From assembly GCA_051294905.1 (NCBI GenBank), contig CM119372.1, positions 24,864,001 through 24,928,000 on the forward strand: a stretch of DNA of 64,000 bases, written 5' to 3'. Shown piece after piece: positions 39,401 to 52,215 of this stretch. The stretch comes from Botryllus schlosseri (lineage: Eukaryota). A model generated the notes under the pieces. That model was given only the letters and a program-made list of their open reading frames with translations, searched no databases and was not told where the DNA came from. The position numbers were made by a program, and so were the translations under genes. Numbering within the stretch: the stretch's first letter is position 1; every line of letters starts with the position of its first letter.

Positions 39401-42400
39401 ATCGCTGTTATGATAACGTAAAAACTAATTTTGTGTTTACAACCAAACAATTGTTTCCTGCAACGCGCAAAGATGTTCTTCCTGCTTGTCAACAAAGCAA
39501 TATAGTCTATGATTTCAAGTGCCACTGTGATTGTCGGTACGTGGGAAGAACAACTCAGCGCTTGCAGGAACGCCACAAACGACATGTTCGGAGCGTTATT
39601 AGAGCACGCACATTGGACTCTCGCGAAGATGCAGCCGTAACTGTTCGGGTTTTAATATATTTCTGCCATGAATATATTATTAGAATGTACATCTTCAGTT
39701 CTGTACCACAAACCAGCTATTTATATACACTGCATAGCATATTACAAACTATTTGAACTACTTCCCTCTACAACAGTGGTTCTTAACCTTTTTTCCTCCA
39801 GCGCCCCCTTTCAAAGATTATCGTGCTCACGCGCCCCCCAACCTCATATTGTAAGGAATGTAATAAAGACAATGAGTAAGAGGGAGGGCCGTAACAGCAC
39901 TTCGTCAACCCCCCTAAAAACAATTGCCTTGCGCACCCATATCGTGATAAACCAAACTTCTGAGGGCTTCGCCCCCAAGAACCCCGTAACGTGATTTCGT
40001 TGGTCAGCAAAGTTTGTGTGGCCTGGTCGCCCTAGGTGCCAAAATTTTCTATAATGCATGAATGAATAGGTGGTAATTACATATATATGTCGCTATAAAC
40101 TTTTTATCCTCTCAGCCCACGTCATCAGATTTACCAGTAGCGCTGAGTGAGCTGTTGTATTGGAAGATAAAGGGTTCGTAATTGCTAATTAAACATATTC
40201 GGGCGTGCACATAGGTACAATTAATTCGTTACCAGCCGTAACAGCACTTCGTCAGCCCCCCCAAAAAAGCGTTGGTCGTGGGGCCCCCATAGGGTGATAA
40301 ACCAAACTTCCGGTGGCTTCGCCGCAAGACCCCCCTTCGGCTATCCGCTATTTGGTGATACTGGTCATCTACATTGGGTGTCCATTTACTGAGCCAGCTA
40401 TTCTGGCCTAGATCCGCGAAGCGCGAAAAATTTCACTAATTATTGATTGAATTGGTCAATATGATCGTGAATTGCATATTATATTGATATCAATTTTTAT
40501 CCTCTCTGCTCACGTAAACAGATTTACCGGTAGAGCTGAGTGATGTGTGATTGAAAAGGTAGGACCCCTCAATAATAATTATGCATCTTCGGGCGTATAC
40601 CCGTTGGCAGGAATGAAACGACACTTCGTCAGGCCCCCCGAAAAAACTGGGGTCTTGGGCTCCCATAGGGTGATAAGCCGACCGCCCCCCATCACGTTGT
40701 TCGCTTTTGCCACGAAATCAGCTGTACTGTTTAGCGAGCCAGTATGAAGTGCGAAAATGTTCGATAATTCATGATAAAATCGGTCAATAAGATCGGGAAT
40801 TGCACGGTCTCTGCGCACAGAAAATCTACGTTGCGCACAACAAATCCGAAGTTATGACCTTTTTTTAGTCGTTACGCTCTGTTGTCCAAGGGTCTGCTAA
40901 GTGAGTGCAGACTCGTCAAAACGTAGAGGGAACATTTGTGAGGTGTCTTGGAAACTGTAGGGCGCATAACTAATTCGTGCGGGCGGACCCGTTGGTATGA
41001 CTTCGTTGCATGATGTTATTTCGTGACCTCCTGTCTGCTATATCAAAAAATATAGAATCGCCCAACAGAGATATCGCCCAACAGGAATATCCCTGTCGCC
41101 CAATCGTACTAAACTGAAAGACGCACACGATTTCAAATTGGTATTTCTTCACTGGCATATAATTTTTCCCCGCCAGATGGAATTCGTTTTCTGGGGTTCA
41201 GATTGCCAAGACAGGAACATTCGGTGCCAGTCATTTAGGCGCCTATGTACAATTAAATCTATATGTCTTTTGTAGGCCATATATAACGAAGTTTTCGGTG
41301 TTAATTCGCTCTGAATACTCATTAAGGATATGTCCTACTACCACATCATCTACTGCGAAGCCATTTTTCTCCAGCGCCCCCCATATTGCCCCCTGAGCGT
41401 TTCCGCCCCCTTCAAAATCGCCAGCGCCCCTTGGGGGCCGCTGGAGGCAAGGTTAAGAACCACTGCTCTACAACAAGCATATCGGACTCAATTTACTCCA
41501 TGCAAACATAAGACCAATGACATCAGGAAAAGTTATGCATTCAGTCTTATTTTGCTTGCGGTATTGTTTCGGTTTGCATTGCGGTCAAGATTCGAAAGTA
41601 TAAGCGTTAGTGATCACACCTCCAACATATTGAAGTTGAAATGATGATGCTAGTTTTTTGACAAATAGCTATTCGGTGAATAAGTTCAACGTGACGGAAA
41701 ATTCTGACTGAGACAAAATGTAATGGAGTAGTGAAGTTATAGTTCTTGTAACAAAAATTTTTCAAAACGATGCCTAATGTACTAATGCCGCCGATAAAAT
41801 TGTTTTACTGTACTTGGATGAAATCGTTTGTTGACCGTATTATACAATGAAACATTTCAGAACATGTCCTTTGCTGATGACCGCGATCCACCAACATTCG
41901 TTCCTGAATATCGCTCTGAGAAAATGAGTAAGGTTGGTCGATAGCATTGTACAATGTTACTATCGTATTAATCGGAATTGAGTGAATTTAAAAATTTACT
42001 CCATACTGTGTAGAGACAAGTGCACCTGTTTGACGCGGGTGTGATCAGACTTGTTGACCTCCAAGGTCGTATCGATCATTCCTATCTGATACCAAATACC
42101 GTGCCGTGCATGTATAATTTCTGTAGCATCTTTATTGCTGTCTGTTTGTTATGTATTTCGGATGGAAGAAAATGAAGACTCTAGCTCTCTCTGCTGCGAT
42201 TTCATCATATAGTGTGATGGTCAATGTTAAATATTTATAACCTGTGGTCAGTAAGTGCTGTTAGTTAGTAGGTGGAGTAAAGGTATAATCGTGTTATGTT
42301 CTGCGAGAAAGAGAATTTACCTTTTATATACTTCATTTTGAAATGTATCCTCTTGTCAGCGGTATTTATATATATATATATATAGCCTAACACAGTGCTC

Positions 42401-45400
42401 TTCAACCTTTTTCGTTGTGGTACACCCTTCTAACATTTTCTCAAAACTCGTACACCCCTGACCGTATAATACACCGATAACGCCGAAAGCCGCATTTTGA
42501 TTACATATACAATACGTCCGGATTCCAACGGGGATTCGCCATGGCGCATGGACGACAAATGCTCATATGAAATTTGATACTGGGAACTTAACACCACGGA
42601 GAGCCCTTGTGGTGTTCTGTGCCTTCCCTTATTTTTTGAGATATGTATGTAATGCGCAAATTTTCTTACTGTAGAAGCAAAACATCCCAGCAGGCTTACA
42701 ATATATAATTTATGTACCAAAATCGCGAGTATAAATGTCAAGAAAAGACACTAGGAATATTTGTGTAGTCGCGCAGAGCGCGAAAATTTTGCCTCTTGAA
42801 TGAATTTCATCGAAAATGTTGGTAGTTTCACATATTATTGTCAAAAATTTATTAATTCTCAGCTCACGTGATCAGATTAACCCGTAGAGCTGATGGAGGG
42901 TGTTTTCGAAAATATTGGGTACAATATTAATGATGATGCATCTTGCGGTTCCTATTAATCACTCAGTTGCATGTTGTTATTTCTTGGCCTCCCACCAGGA
43001 TTGTTTGTATTGTTATTAATAATATTTTATTACACATCAATGACAGTGGTGATAATCGCCTGTTTAGAATTTGTGCGCAACGACAGTGCATTTCCTAAAG
43101 TTTAGTATTTTTGCTTTGGGTAATGAGGACGACTTTTGCTTGCACGCGCACTCCCATTCTTCATTCTCTCTCGCTAACGTGCGTCCACTTTCAGGACTTT
43201 GCTGCTGACTTTGAAGCTCGGTTAACTCTTCTTCTGGGCTTTTCAAGACGCTACGTTAACAGGGGGTCGGCGACGAGGAGCCTAGATAAACCTCCGACAC
43301 ATAGAAACATGGCAGAGCCGAGACTAGAACCAGTAACAATTGGTTACATAATGACGGCCGCCAACACACGCTAATTTAAATATGTGTAGAAGATCGCAAA
43401 ATTATGGTTATACGGCTGAATGAGGCCGTACGTCCGCAGGTTGAGCACCCCTGACGTAGCCGAAATAAGGATGGACATTTGAGCAAGGCTGCAACGTATA
43501 GTAAATGATAATACGAATAAGGGCTCGAGGTTACTGGACCACCATCTAACGCAGTGGTTCGCAAACTCGACCCCGTGGCTGCGTAAGTAGGCTATGTATT
43601 CTGCACTATTCATAAGCTGGCCGCAGGAAGCACAAATTCAAAATGTCCGAGATTTAGCGGTGGTTTCCTCGAGAATCATCAGAATGATAACCCAAGCTGA
43701 ACACATGCTAACTCCACCCTGCTCTACTCGAAAAGGAAGTAATAAGTCCATTACCAAAGGTTGAATGATTAGAAACATTTGCTTATGACATACATTGTAC
43801 GATATTTCACATCCAGTCATTCTGTTTTGAAGCATAAACTGGCGTATTTTTGTGATAGCTATAGTCATCGTATCATCGGTTCATCATAATGTGGATCTGG
43901 TACACCCCTGTACACCCCATCCGAGTGGTACACCCTTTGAAAATTCTGGTACACCCTAGGGTGTACGACAACCCCGGTTGAAGAGCACTGGCCTAACAAA
44001 CAAGTTAACTGCTACATAGTGAAACATGCAAAATTTTCAGGTTAAATTTTGTTTTTATGTTTACATTCATTATATATTCAGGCCTCTAAGTTCAAGCATT
44101 CCCACCGCCCCGTTCATTCTTCTAATGATGCGCTTGCTTCTTTCAACGAGACCAAAGGCATGTCATTACCTCGCCCTGCATCTCGGGTATGGTGTCAGGA
44201 AATCGTTTTTATTTCACTTCTCTTCTGGGAAAAGTAAATGTCTTTCTAGTATATTTATTAGATGTTCTTTAAGGTTCAAAATGGTCACTGTTGTTTTTGA
44301 CAACTGTTTTGAGAACCTGACTTCATGGATGGTTATCATCTTTCGATTGAACAGCATATAATGCAGCCAATGCAAACCGTGTGTGAACCTTGTGCTTATT
44401 ATAGTATTCTACATATAACTACGTATTCAAAACGAATCAATCAGTGATGTGTGATATGAAGGCATGTATGCGATGTGATCATCATTCGGTTGCCATGATA
44501 GGCTTCAGTAATAGGATAACAGTCTGGTGTATTGTCTGGTAGTTGAATCGGTTTTGCTTCTAAAAATGACACAAAACTGTGTAAAAAGCTCTCGTTGTGC
44601 GATCAATAAATTTCATTTCGTCAATTTTATTTGATGAATTGTTCTAAGAGGAAAGTATTCATTGAAAAAAATGACAGTGATAGTGATCAAAATCTGCTTA
44701 AGTAAACAACCATAGTAGAAGTACTTTGTTACAGAGCTACTCTCCCAGCAACATTTTCCGATACGTATTCTATCTGAATATATTGTATTGTTTCAGGTCC
44801 AGTCCAATGTTAAAGTCGAAATAAAAGATGAAGCAAGAGAATCAAATCCCCGACCCGGCAACATTCACGAACCACTTTCCACTTCCGTAATCATTGACGA
44901 TACCCAGAAAACAGATTCCTCTAAAGTTGATTCCAATCAGAGTACGTTTGTAGAGTGCAACAACGTTACAGAAGGTGAGTGGATGAACACTGTTGCATAG
45001 GCAGAAAAATGAAGCCAAACGCACACTGACTTCTTTACATGCAAGTTTCACTTCTGTAGATGGTCATGACTACTCGTAGCTCAAGATATCTTCCAGCAAA
45101 TGATTTGTAACCGATACCAGTGTTATAAGAGTCATCAACTTTGACTTAATGTTGGTTTTATGTGCCTTTATATTGCAATGCAACCCTATCCTAGCCTAGC
45201 CTCTGATCCCTATTCGTTGGAGCCAGTCAATCTGGTTACTTTAGCTGGAATTCTGTTCACCTCTAGTAAATAGCAAGTCATCGTCATTGCATTAGTATTT
45301 CGTATGATATCCACCAAATACAAATGAAAAGCTGGATAAGAATCCCCTTAAGGCTGATGGAATGGATCAGTGGTACCCAACGTGGGCGAAATTGTCCTCA

Positions 45401-48400
45401 GCGGGAAATTTCGTGAAAGAAGGGGGCAAAAATGTTAGAATGTCCAGTGAGATGTATTTAATTAACACCGCCAAAAAACGCACGTGAACGCGGTTTATTC
45501 TGCATATGACGTGATAGTTGACTAAACATGGTCACCTCAACGGAAAGTAGAAATCTGGTTTTCCTAGCACCAATTCGGAAAAATGACCATTTTTTTCGTC
45601 AATTAATCAGCGATCAGATTTATGTGGATAAATTTCTCGTTTACACGTCCTTTTTTACGGATCCGTAAATAGGAAGAGCGAAAATCTGTGCCGAGCTTGA
45701 TAAGGGGGCAATAAGTCGAAAAAGGCTGGGGACCATTGGAAATTCATTGATTTATCTTCATTTTTTAGATTTTTCAAAGAAGCTTATCTTGTCAGAGGTC
45801 AGTGGCGATTACTTATTATTATGTATAGAATAACTCATTCGTATTCGGTGAGGATAGACCTACACTGCAGTGTAAATGTAGGCAAAGCAACCTCAATTCA
45901 TGACATATATGAAATCATTGCACGGTGTTTGAGTCACTTTTTTGTGGTTTTGTGTTTTAAAAAATGTGTCGCTCTATTGCAGGCGCCACAGCACAGCCCA
46001 TGCGTGTCATCCGTATTTGATACGAATGCAAGCCCAGGCCCTTGTCAAGATAAAGGTAAAATGCCTATTTTCATGATTTATATAGTTATTTTGTTTCTAT
46101 TTCCTCCTGGGAACTTGTGGCTGCGCAACAAGAACAATCAATCAATCATTAGTGGACTTATGAACATAAATTGCTTGAAGCAATTAATGTAAGAATTTTT
46201 CTGCGTTAGAAATTATTTATGGTACACTAGGTGTTACTGCAGTAATCTGCAGGGTTTAGTGTAGTGATTATTGTCATCAGTTGATTAGGCGCCCCGTGCA
46301 TTGTCCTTTATATATGTTGATTGGGCGTCGCCTCTTTAGTTTATTTGGTTTGCTGATGTACGTTGTTGCTTAAGTTGCGTTATGTGTGGTCGTCATAGTC
46401 AAAACTTACGTTCTTTATCGTGCAGGCTTGTCTCTACCTAACTGTAACCGCAGGCGACCACTATTTTAAAACCTAATTTCACGACCCAGTTTCATTTGCT
46501 GTATTTGGACATTCCTTCGTTACATCAATTATTGCAATACATATCATTTCTACCTTCATTTACGGATCGTCATTTGTCTGGATCCGTCGTGGAATTTGAG
46601 TTCAATTCAAAAAGTTGTTTCAATAACTCTCCTTAAGTTAGGAGCAGTTACACTAGGTACACCTATTTTCTCTTGTGCATTTGCTGTGTCTGCACTAAAC
46701 TTACATATGCGATTCTGTGTAGTAAGTGAAGTGACAGCATAAATCTCTACTCTAGTAAAAGTGGCAACTTCCAAGTAATTAGAAGAATAAACATTTTAGA
46801 CCTGAAACCAAAGTCTGAAATCATAACCAATTGAGTAAGTAATGCAACTTGGCAAAACTTTAAAATACTAAAAATACTTTGTTACTAATCGCCTCTGTTT
46901 CTGCATCAAATTCATTAATATATGTCGCTGTGCGACACAACTTCATTTTAGTGTTAGTTGGTAATATAGTAATTTTTACTGTGTATACTTGTCGACTGTT
47001 TCGTATCAACTTCACATTATACCCTCGCACTGTTATCAGGAATGACGCCCAAGCTGGATATTTCAGGCAGCTCCAAATCATTCAATTTCCAAACCTCAAA
47101 GGACACTGCCAAAAGCCCTGGTGGGCTCTTCCGATTTCAAGATTGTAACTTGGACGGTGTCAACAGTTTCATGTTCACGCCATCACAGAATTTGACGACA
47201 CCGCCGAAGAATTTGATGGACTTTTCATTGAATAATAGCAGTTGCGGAAGTGCAAAGGACAGTCCTTGTTACCGTTCTAGAAACTCAAAAAAGACTAGGT
47301 CACAGACTTTGATTCGTAGCAAGGAAGGCCATTCTCAGTCAAAAAGTATCGAAACGTCTGGGTTGTCGCAGTATTCGAGTGGCAGCACTGTGCTTAAAAA
47401 GGACATGTCAATGATACGGAGTGAACAGACCAATACGGATAAACACACGAGTTTCGATATGAGCCCAGGCAGCGATCTAGCGTTTAGAAAAGATGAGGAA
47501 ATATCATTCACTAAATCCGATAAGACTCAGACAAGAGTGGCAGAGCATACAGATAAGTTTCAGTCTGAATATCCGCATTTGGGGGTTACTTGTCGTAATA
47601 GTCCTTTGACAAGCCCGACGTTGAAAAGAAGAAAAACAGCCTTACCGCGCGTTGTCACGCCCTCTATCCCAGAACATGGTCCAAACAAGTTTGAAGTAAC
47701 CAGGTTGGAAGCAAATGTTAGTAATGAGAGCCTCGTGGAGATGAGTCCAGATCAGATCATGAAACGAATGGCCGCGCACCGAGGCGGCAGCTCGGAGAGA
47801 CTAAACGTGGAGAAGACGGCTAGTCCGAAACCTCGTGTTCAATTTTTGAATGATGGAAATGTTCTCGACAGTGACGCAACGAAAAAGCGACCATTCCATT
47901 TTGAATCCAGGCTGGCCGAGCTTCAGGGCGTGCGTATGTCTCCGGCTTCTAAGGATGACTCGTCAAAATTGGTTCGTTTCCGCGGATCGCAACAGTTTGA
48001 CGCAGCCCGAGATTTTGGAAACCACCGTCGACGGTCGATTCCTGTCTCGAATCCGGAAAGCAATGCTATGGTCAGTCAGTCGTTCATTTATTGATATTTT
48101 TAACTACCGGTATTCAAAAACACCGGAAGATTACGATATAATGAAACTATAAGAGAATGTCGAATCACTAATTTTACCTGTCTTGACCTAAAACTCCCTG
48201 ACTGAGACGTAATAGAAGATATCATAAAACAAGAGATGAATGCGGCATGTTGTCGTTAGGCAAAAATCGATATGGTGATTTTGAATTTTCAATTCAGCAT
48301 GTGTTAGGATTTATTAATTGTTTCTTTCCTTCCAGTCTCCCTTTTTGGTGTCTGGACAACAGCGATGGAGCTTATCTCCTGCGGAAATAAACGCAGTGGG

Positions 48401-51400
48401 CTGCTACTATCCGGAAGAAATAGCGAATTGGTCGGGAACAGGGCCGTTTATGAGTAACGTGTCGCCGAGAAATTTTCACATCATGCCGATGCTGCCTTAT
48501 CCAACTGGCTTTTCTGGTATGTTTTTTCGTTTCTCTCGTGTTAGCAATTGGTAGTGCAGCGATATTTTTCAGGGAATGTACGCAGTTCTAATGCTGGAGG
48601 GAGTTCGGAGAATCTAGCTCTACCGGCGTCTGACGAGGTAACCAATAATTTCACCATCAGTACTGACGACAACTCGGCGTTGTGTCTTGATTGATAGTAT
48701 ATCTTCATAATGCGATAAATGGGTTGAGAGGCCACGAACATTGGTGGTTTATGCTGTTGGATTTTGTGGTGAGAGATATTCGCGCCCTGTCTGAATATAT
48801 TTCTCAAACCAATACAAAGCTATGTGTTTCCCTGGTGGTCGACCAACCAACTGATATAATCAGTGATGATGTATCGGCAAGATAAATCGATATGAACCGC
48901 AGAATGTTGATCTATTTTCGATCCTGCAACACTTTACCTGATTACTGTTTTTGTGGTATGAGATAATAATAACTGATGATGTCCATGCAAATAGCTAGAT
49001 GAAGACTGACTAAAATTTGTTTTCGTCTTTCAATTTAGAAATCTGCTATCACCGCTGAATCGAAAATGAAAGACGGTGAGAAACTTATGTTTGATGGTTA
49101 TTATATTTTAGTTCAAGAAAAATAGCACAATCCACAGGAGATGGGTCATGATGATTGCGATCCTTAAGCCCAGGCTGCACTCCAATGTCATCTTCTATGA
49201 GGAATAGGACCAGACATGGGATGGTTACTTCATGAATGTAATCGATTGCGATTACGATTACTTCTTAATCACGCAATTACTATTACAGCAAAATCTGGAA
49301 GTAGCCGATTAAATCACGATTACATTTATTTTGCTTCTTGGAATTTATCTTTGAATACACATTGGAAGACAATATAATGATAGCGATGAGAAGGCCTCAT
49401 GTGACAACAATTATCATTTTTAATCTGACGTCATCTGCGTGTTACGTCACAATATACCCATTGCTCAACAACGATTTATCGCCATTAACGCTTTGCATTC
49501 TAGCCAGGGCCGTAACTGCCACACTCTAAACCCGCATATTGGGTGGGGCGAGCTGAAAGGTGGCCCGTCATCAATTATTTCGTAAATCAACCCAATTATA
49601 GGGTATATTTTTGAGTGATTTATTTTACTAAAAATGTTCTTCGCGATTTAATGTCGCTATATCTTGATGTAAATATGCATACCCCTCCCCCAAAATATGT
49701 CTACTGCCCGTAGCCGCACTGAATGACCGTGAGGAATAGTCCTGTCCTGCCAATCTTAGCCCTACAGTACAAATGCCACCGGGGCCCCCACAGAGGAAAT
49801 GATGCACACTTGATGAAATGACAATTTCTGTTTGCGTGTCACGAAAGATGTTTTTTTAGTTCAGTCTGGTACGTTTGGGGGACTCCAATATCTTTTAATT
49901 TTATATCAGACGGGAGGTCACGAATTTATAACATGCAGCAAAGTAATAATAACAACCAGCACGCCCGAATATGTTAGAATTATTAATTACGTGCCCTAAA
50001 TTTTTGCAGTCACCACCTCCCTCAGCTCTACCGGTAAATCTAATTACATAGTCGGAGAGAGGATGAAATGAAAATGAATTGCAATATATTCAATTTCCAA
50101 TGTTATTGACGAAATTCAGTAATGAATCAGAAGTTTGAATGATCACCCTAGGAGGGTCCAAAACCAACGTTTGGGGGAACGGCTGACGTAATGTTGTATC
50201 AGCACAGATTCGGGCCACAACCCACGCTAATATGGTGCAGGTGACTGCGGTGACTGATCCAAATTTTGAGTAAAGAATTTTGAAATAGGGGTAACGATTA
50301 GTGCTTCCACTTAATACAGATATTGCGAGCTGCTGTTACGAGTAACGAAATTCGTGGTTCTTACAATCGCACTATATTACTTGTCTATTGACTTTATGTG
50401 GATAATTCGTTATGCAACGGCGAGCAAAGTTAATACTCTTGACGTAATAGTAAGCAATGGAGTTTGAAAATCCTACGCTTCTGCAAGCAACCTGGTACAA
50501 TTCAATTCAATTTATTGCTGCAATTTTCATCATTTCAATACACACCTAGACTGCGCTACAATGAAAGATAGGAAGATGTCGAAACGACTTGGATTAATCT
50601 TCGAAATCAGACACCCACCTGGCCTAGGCGATGTAAAAAAGGTTGCATATACATTGCACAGTGCACACTGAATGAAAAGTAAAAGAAGATAATATACAAG
50701 GATGGTTGACAAAAAAAGGTGGCATGTGTCGGAAGGCGAGATCAATATGTCAGGTCGTGGTCCGGTAAACTAGAGGATTAACTAGTATTATATGTATACT
50801 GTATATAGTATATAGTATATACAATAGCGCTCTCTTTCTTGTTCACAAATGCTCAGTTTTCAAGTCATAGTCCTTGTACAACTAAAAGTAATCGTTCTTT
50901 CAAATACAAATCGATTAGATATGTGAAATAATCCATTACGAGTCCTACTGCGGATTTTTTTCGAATGTAATCGATTGCGATTACGATTATTTGAAAATGC
51001 TGTAATCTTTGTGATCGATTACGATTAGTGATCACGATTAACATATGTCTGAATAGGACGCTATTTATTTTTGTCCTTGGTGATTTTTGCAGCGTATACA
51101 GTCTATGCACCGACTTATGATATGACGTAGGCTACACCATGATCTGTGCAGTGTGAACTGCATAAGTGCATATGCATAGGCTACCATGAGGGCATGGTGT
51201 GCATATGCCGCTGGACAAGGAAGGTGCAGAAATACCCTTGTAAGGTTTTCACCACCTCTCCATGCTATCTTGATAATGCTCTTCATTCAATGTGCGTGCA
51301 TGACTCTTCTTGAAATCGCCCCGGCCCAGACAGGTGTCTGATCTCAAAGACTACTCCAAGTCGTTTCGATGCTTTCCTATCTTTTAATTGTATATCAATC

Positions 51401-51753
51401 TTGTGTATTTGATATGGTGAAATTAGTAATTAATAAAACTGATACTGACGAGTTCGATTTGAATTAGGATTAGAGCCGAATTTATGATTGCATTTGCAGT
51501 ATTGATAAATGATCATTGATGATCGTATATAACAGAGAGAGATTCTGCGGAAGGCCCAAAACGCAGGAAGTGGCGGCAATGTCTCAGCGAAAAGGACGAC
51601 ACGGAGGTCTGGTGGATGCCGCAGGAATGGGCGAATGATCGCGGAATTGGTAGGAGAGGCGACAAAAGCAACGAGAACAAGGAGAGAGAACTGGAGATTG
51701 CCAAGGATGCAAATATTGAAAAAATCAGAATGAACCGATTTGTTCCTTTGTAA
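36454..51753 (+). CDS. Uncharacterised ~901-aa Ser/Thr/Pro-rich, probably disordered protein (13 exons)
   Basis: Exons 36454-36903 (GC donor), 37707-37768, 39006-39210, 41861-41932, 44082-44186, 44797-44974, 45769-45797, 45983-46055, 47040-48070, 48336-48516, 48573-48637, 49039-49075 and 51536-51753 are all phase-compatible. They total 2706 nt ending in TAA, with AATAAA near 51817. No family recognised. Confidence 0.75.
37899..38200 (+). mobile_element. Decayed hAT 5' end with a GTF2IRD2/SPIN-like transposase N-terminal remnant
   Basis: Starts CAGGGATCTCACAC...GGCCGCG. Near 38125 a frameshifted C*VFRDK-WNESYY-like remnant is visible. Confidence 0.45.
38293..38748. repeat. Tail-to-tail pair of LINE-3'-end/SINE-like repeats (family D)
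   Basis: Core CCTATCTTTTCATTGTA and its reverse complement, with (TGAT/TGAAT)n tails. Other copies at about 50498-50785, 51330-51465, 54170-54420 and 54614-54800. Confidence 0.75.
39316..39615 (+). mobile_element. Penelope-like retroelement fragment (GIY-YIG endonuclease region)
   Basis: LPWLG...KDVLPACQQSNIVYDFKCHCDCRYVGRTTQRLQERHKRH fits the VY-C-C-YVG-T-RL-R-H pattern of Penelope-like element endonucleases. Confidence 0.85.
39774..41465. mobile_element. hAT (Charlie/Buster-type) element carrying an inverted family-C array
   Basis: TIR CAGTGGTTCTTAACCTT...AAGGTTAAGAACCACTG, exact TSD CTCTACAA. The interior (about 39885-41160) is the reverse complement of family C sequence. Confidence 0.9.
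42393..43990. mobile_element. Composite hAT element with nested SINE and MITE fragments
   Basis: TIR CAGTGCTCTTCAACC...GGTTGAAGAGCACTG, exact TSD GCCTAACA, GGTACACCC subterminal repeats. The 3' part matches about 12920-13237. Confidence 0.9.
49211..51051 (-). mobile_element. Second, inverted family B element in the last intron of the unassigned gene
   Basis: Ends CAGACATGGG...CATATGTCTG, exact TSD AATAGGAC. The interior is an inverted homolog of 32702-35285 plus a nested family D copy. Confidence 0.88.
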
Positions 51754-52215
51754 TTGATGGACATATGTACTGTAAAGCGTTGTGTTTGATGGTCATCCTT
51801 GTCGATATTCTTCTTGAATAAATACTTACCGTTATGTGAGTTTTTCGGGTGGCTGGCGTTGAGGAGAATCTCTGATCATGTACCTAAATTGGCAGAAGAA
51901 TTCTTCAAGCTATCTTCAAATATATCGGACTTTTGAGTGGTGGATTCATGTAATGTCAATTGCATAAGGTCGGCTCTGTCTGATACGCAATGTTATGGAA
52001 TTCTGCTGTTGTTCTTACGGTGACAAAAAAGACCCGATAAAGCAAGAAATAACTTCTAAAAAAGGAACCGACGAAGAAGACTAACATCGCGGGCACTAGA
52101 TCGAGGTGGATGTCAGTTCAAGAGACCCCAACTGGTGGTCGTTCGGCATCCCTCTATCTGGTCATTACATCGCATTGTGTGTCTTGTATATCGCATTGTG
52201 TGTGTGTGTGTAGGG

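Noticed and set aside
47042..48094. 350-aa ORF as a stand-alone gene
   Set aside because: It is flanked by an acceptor (47039) and a donor (48071) in phase with neighbouring exons, so it is an internal exon.
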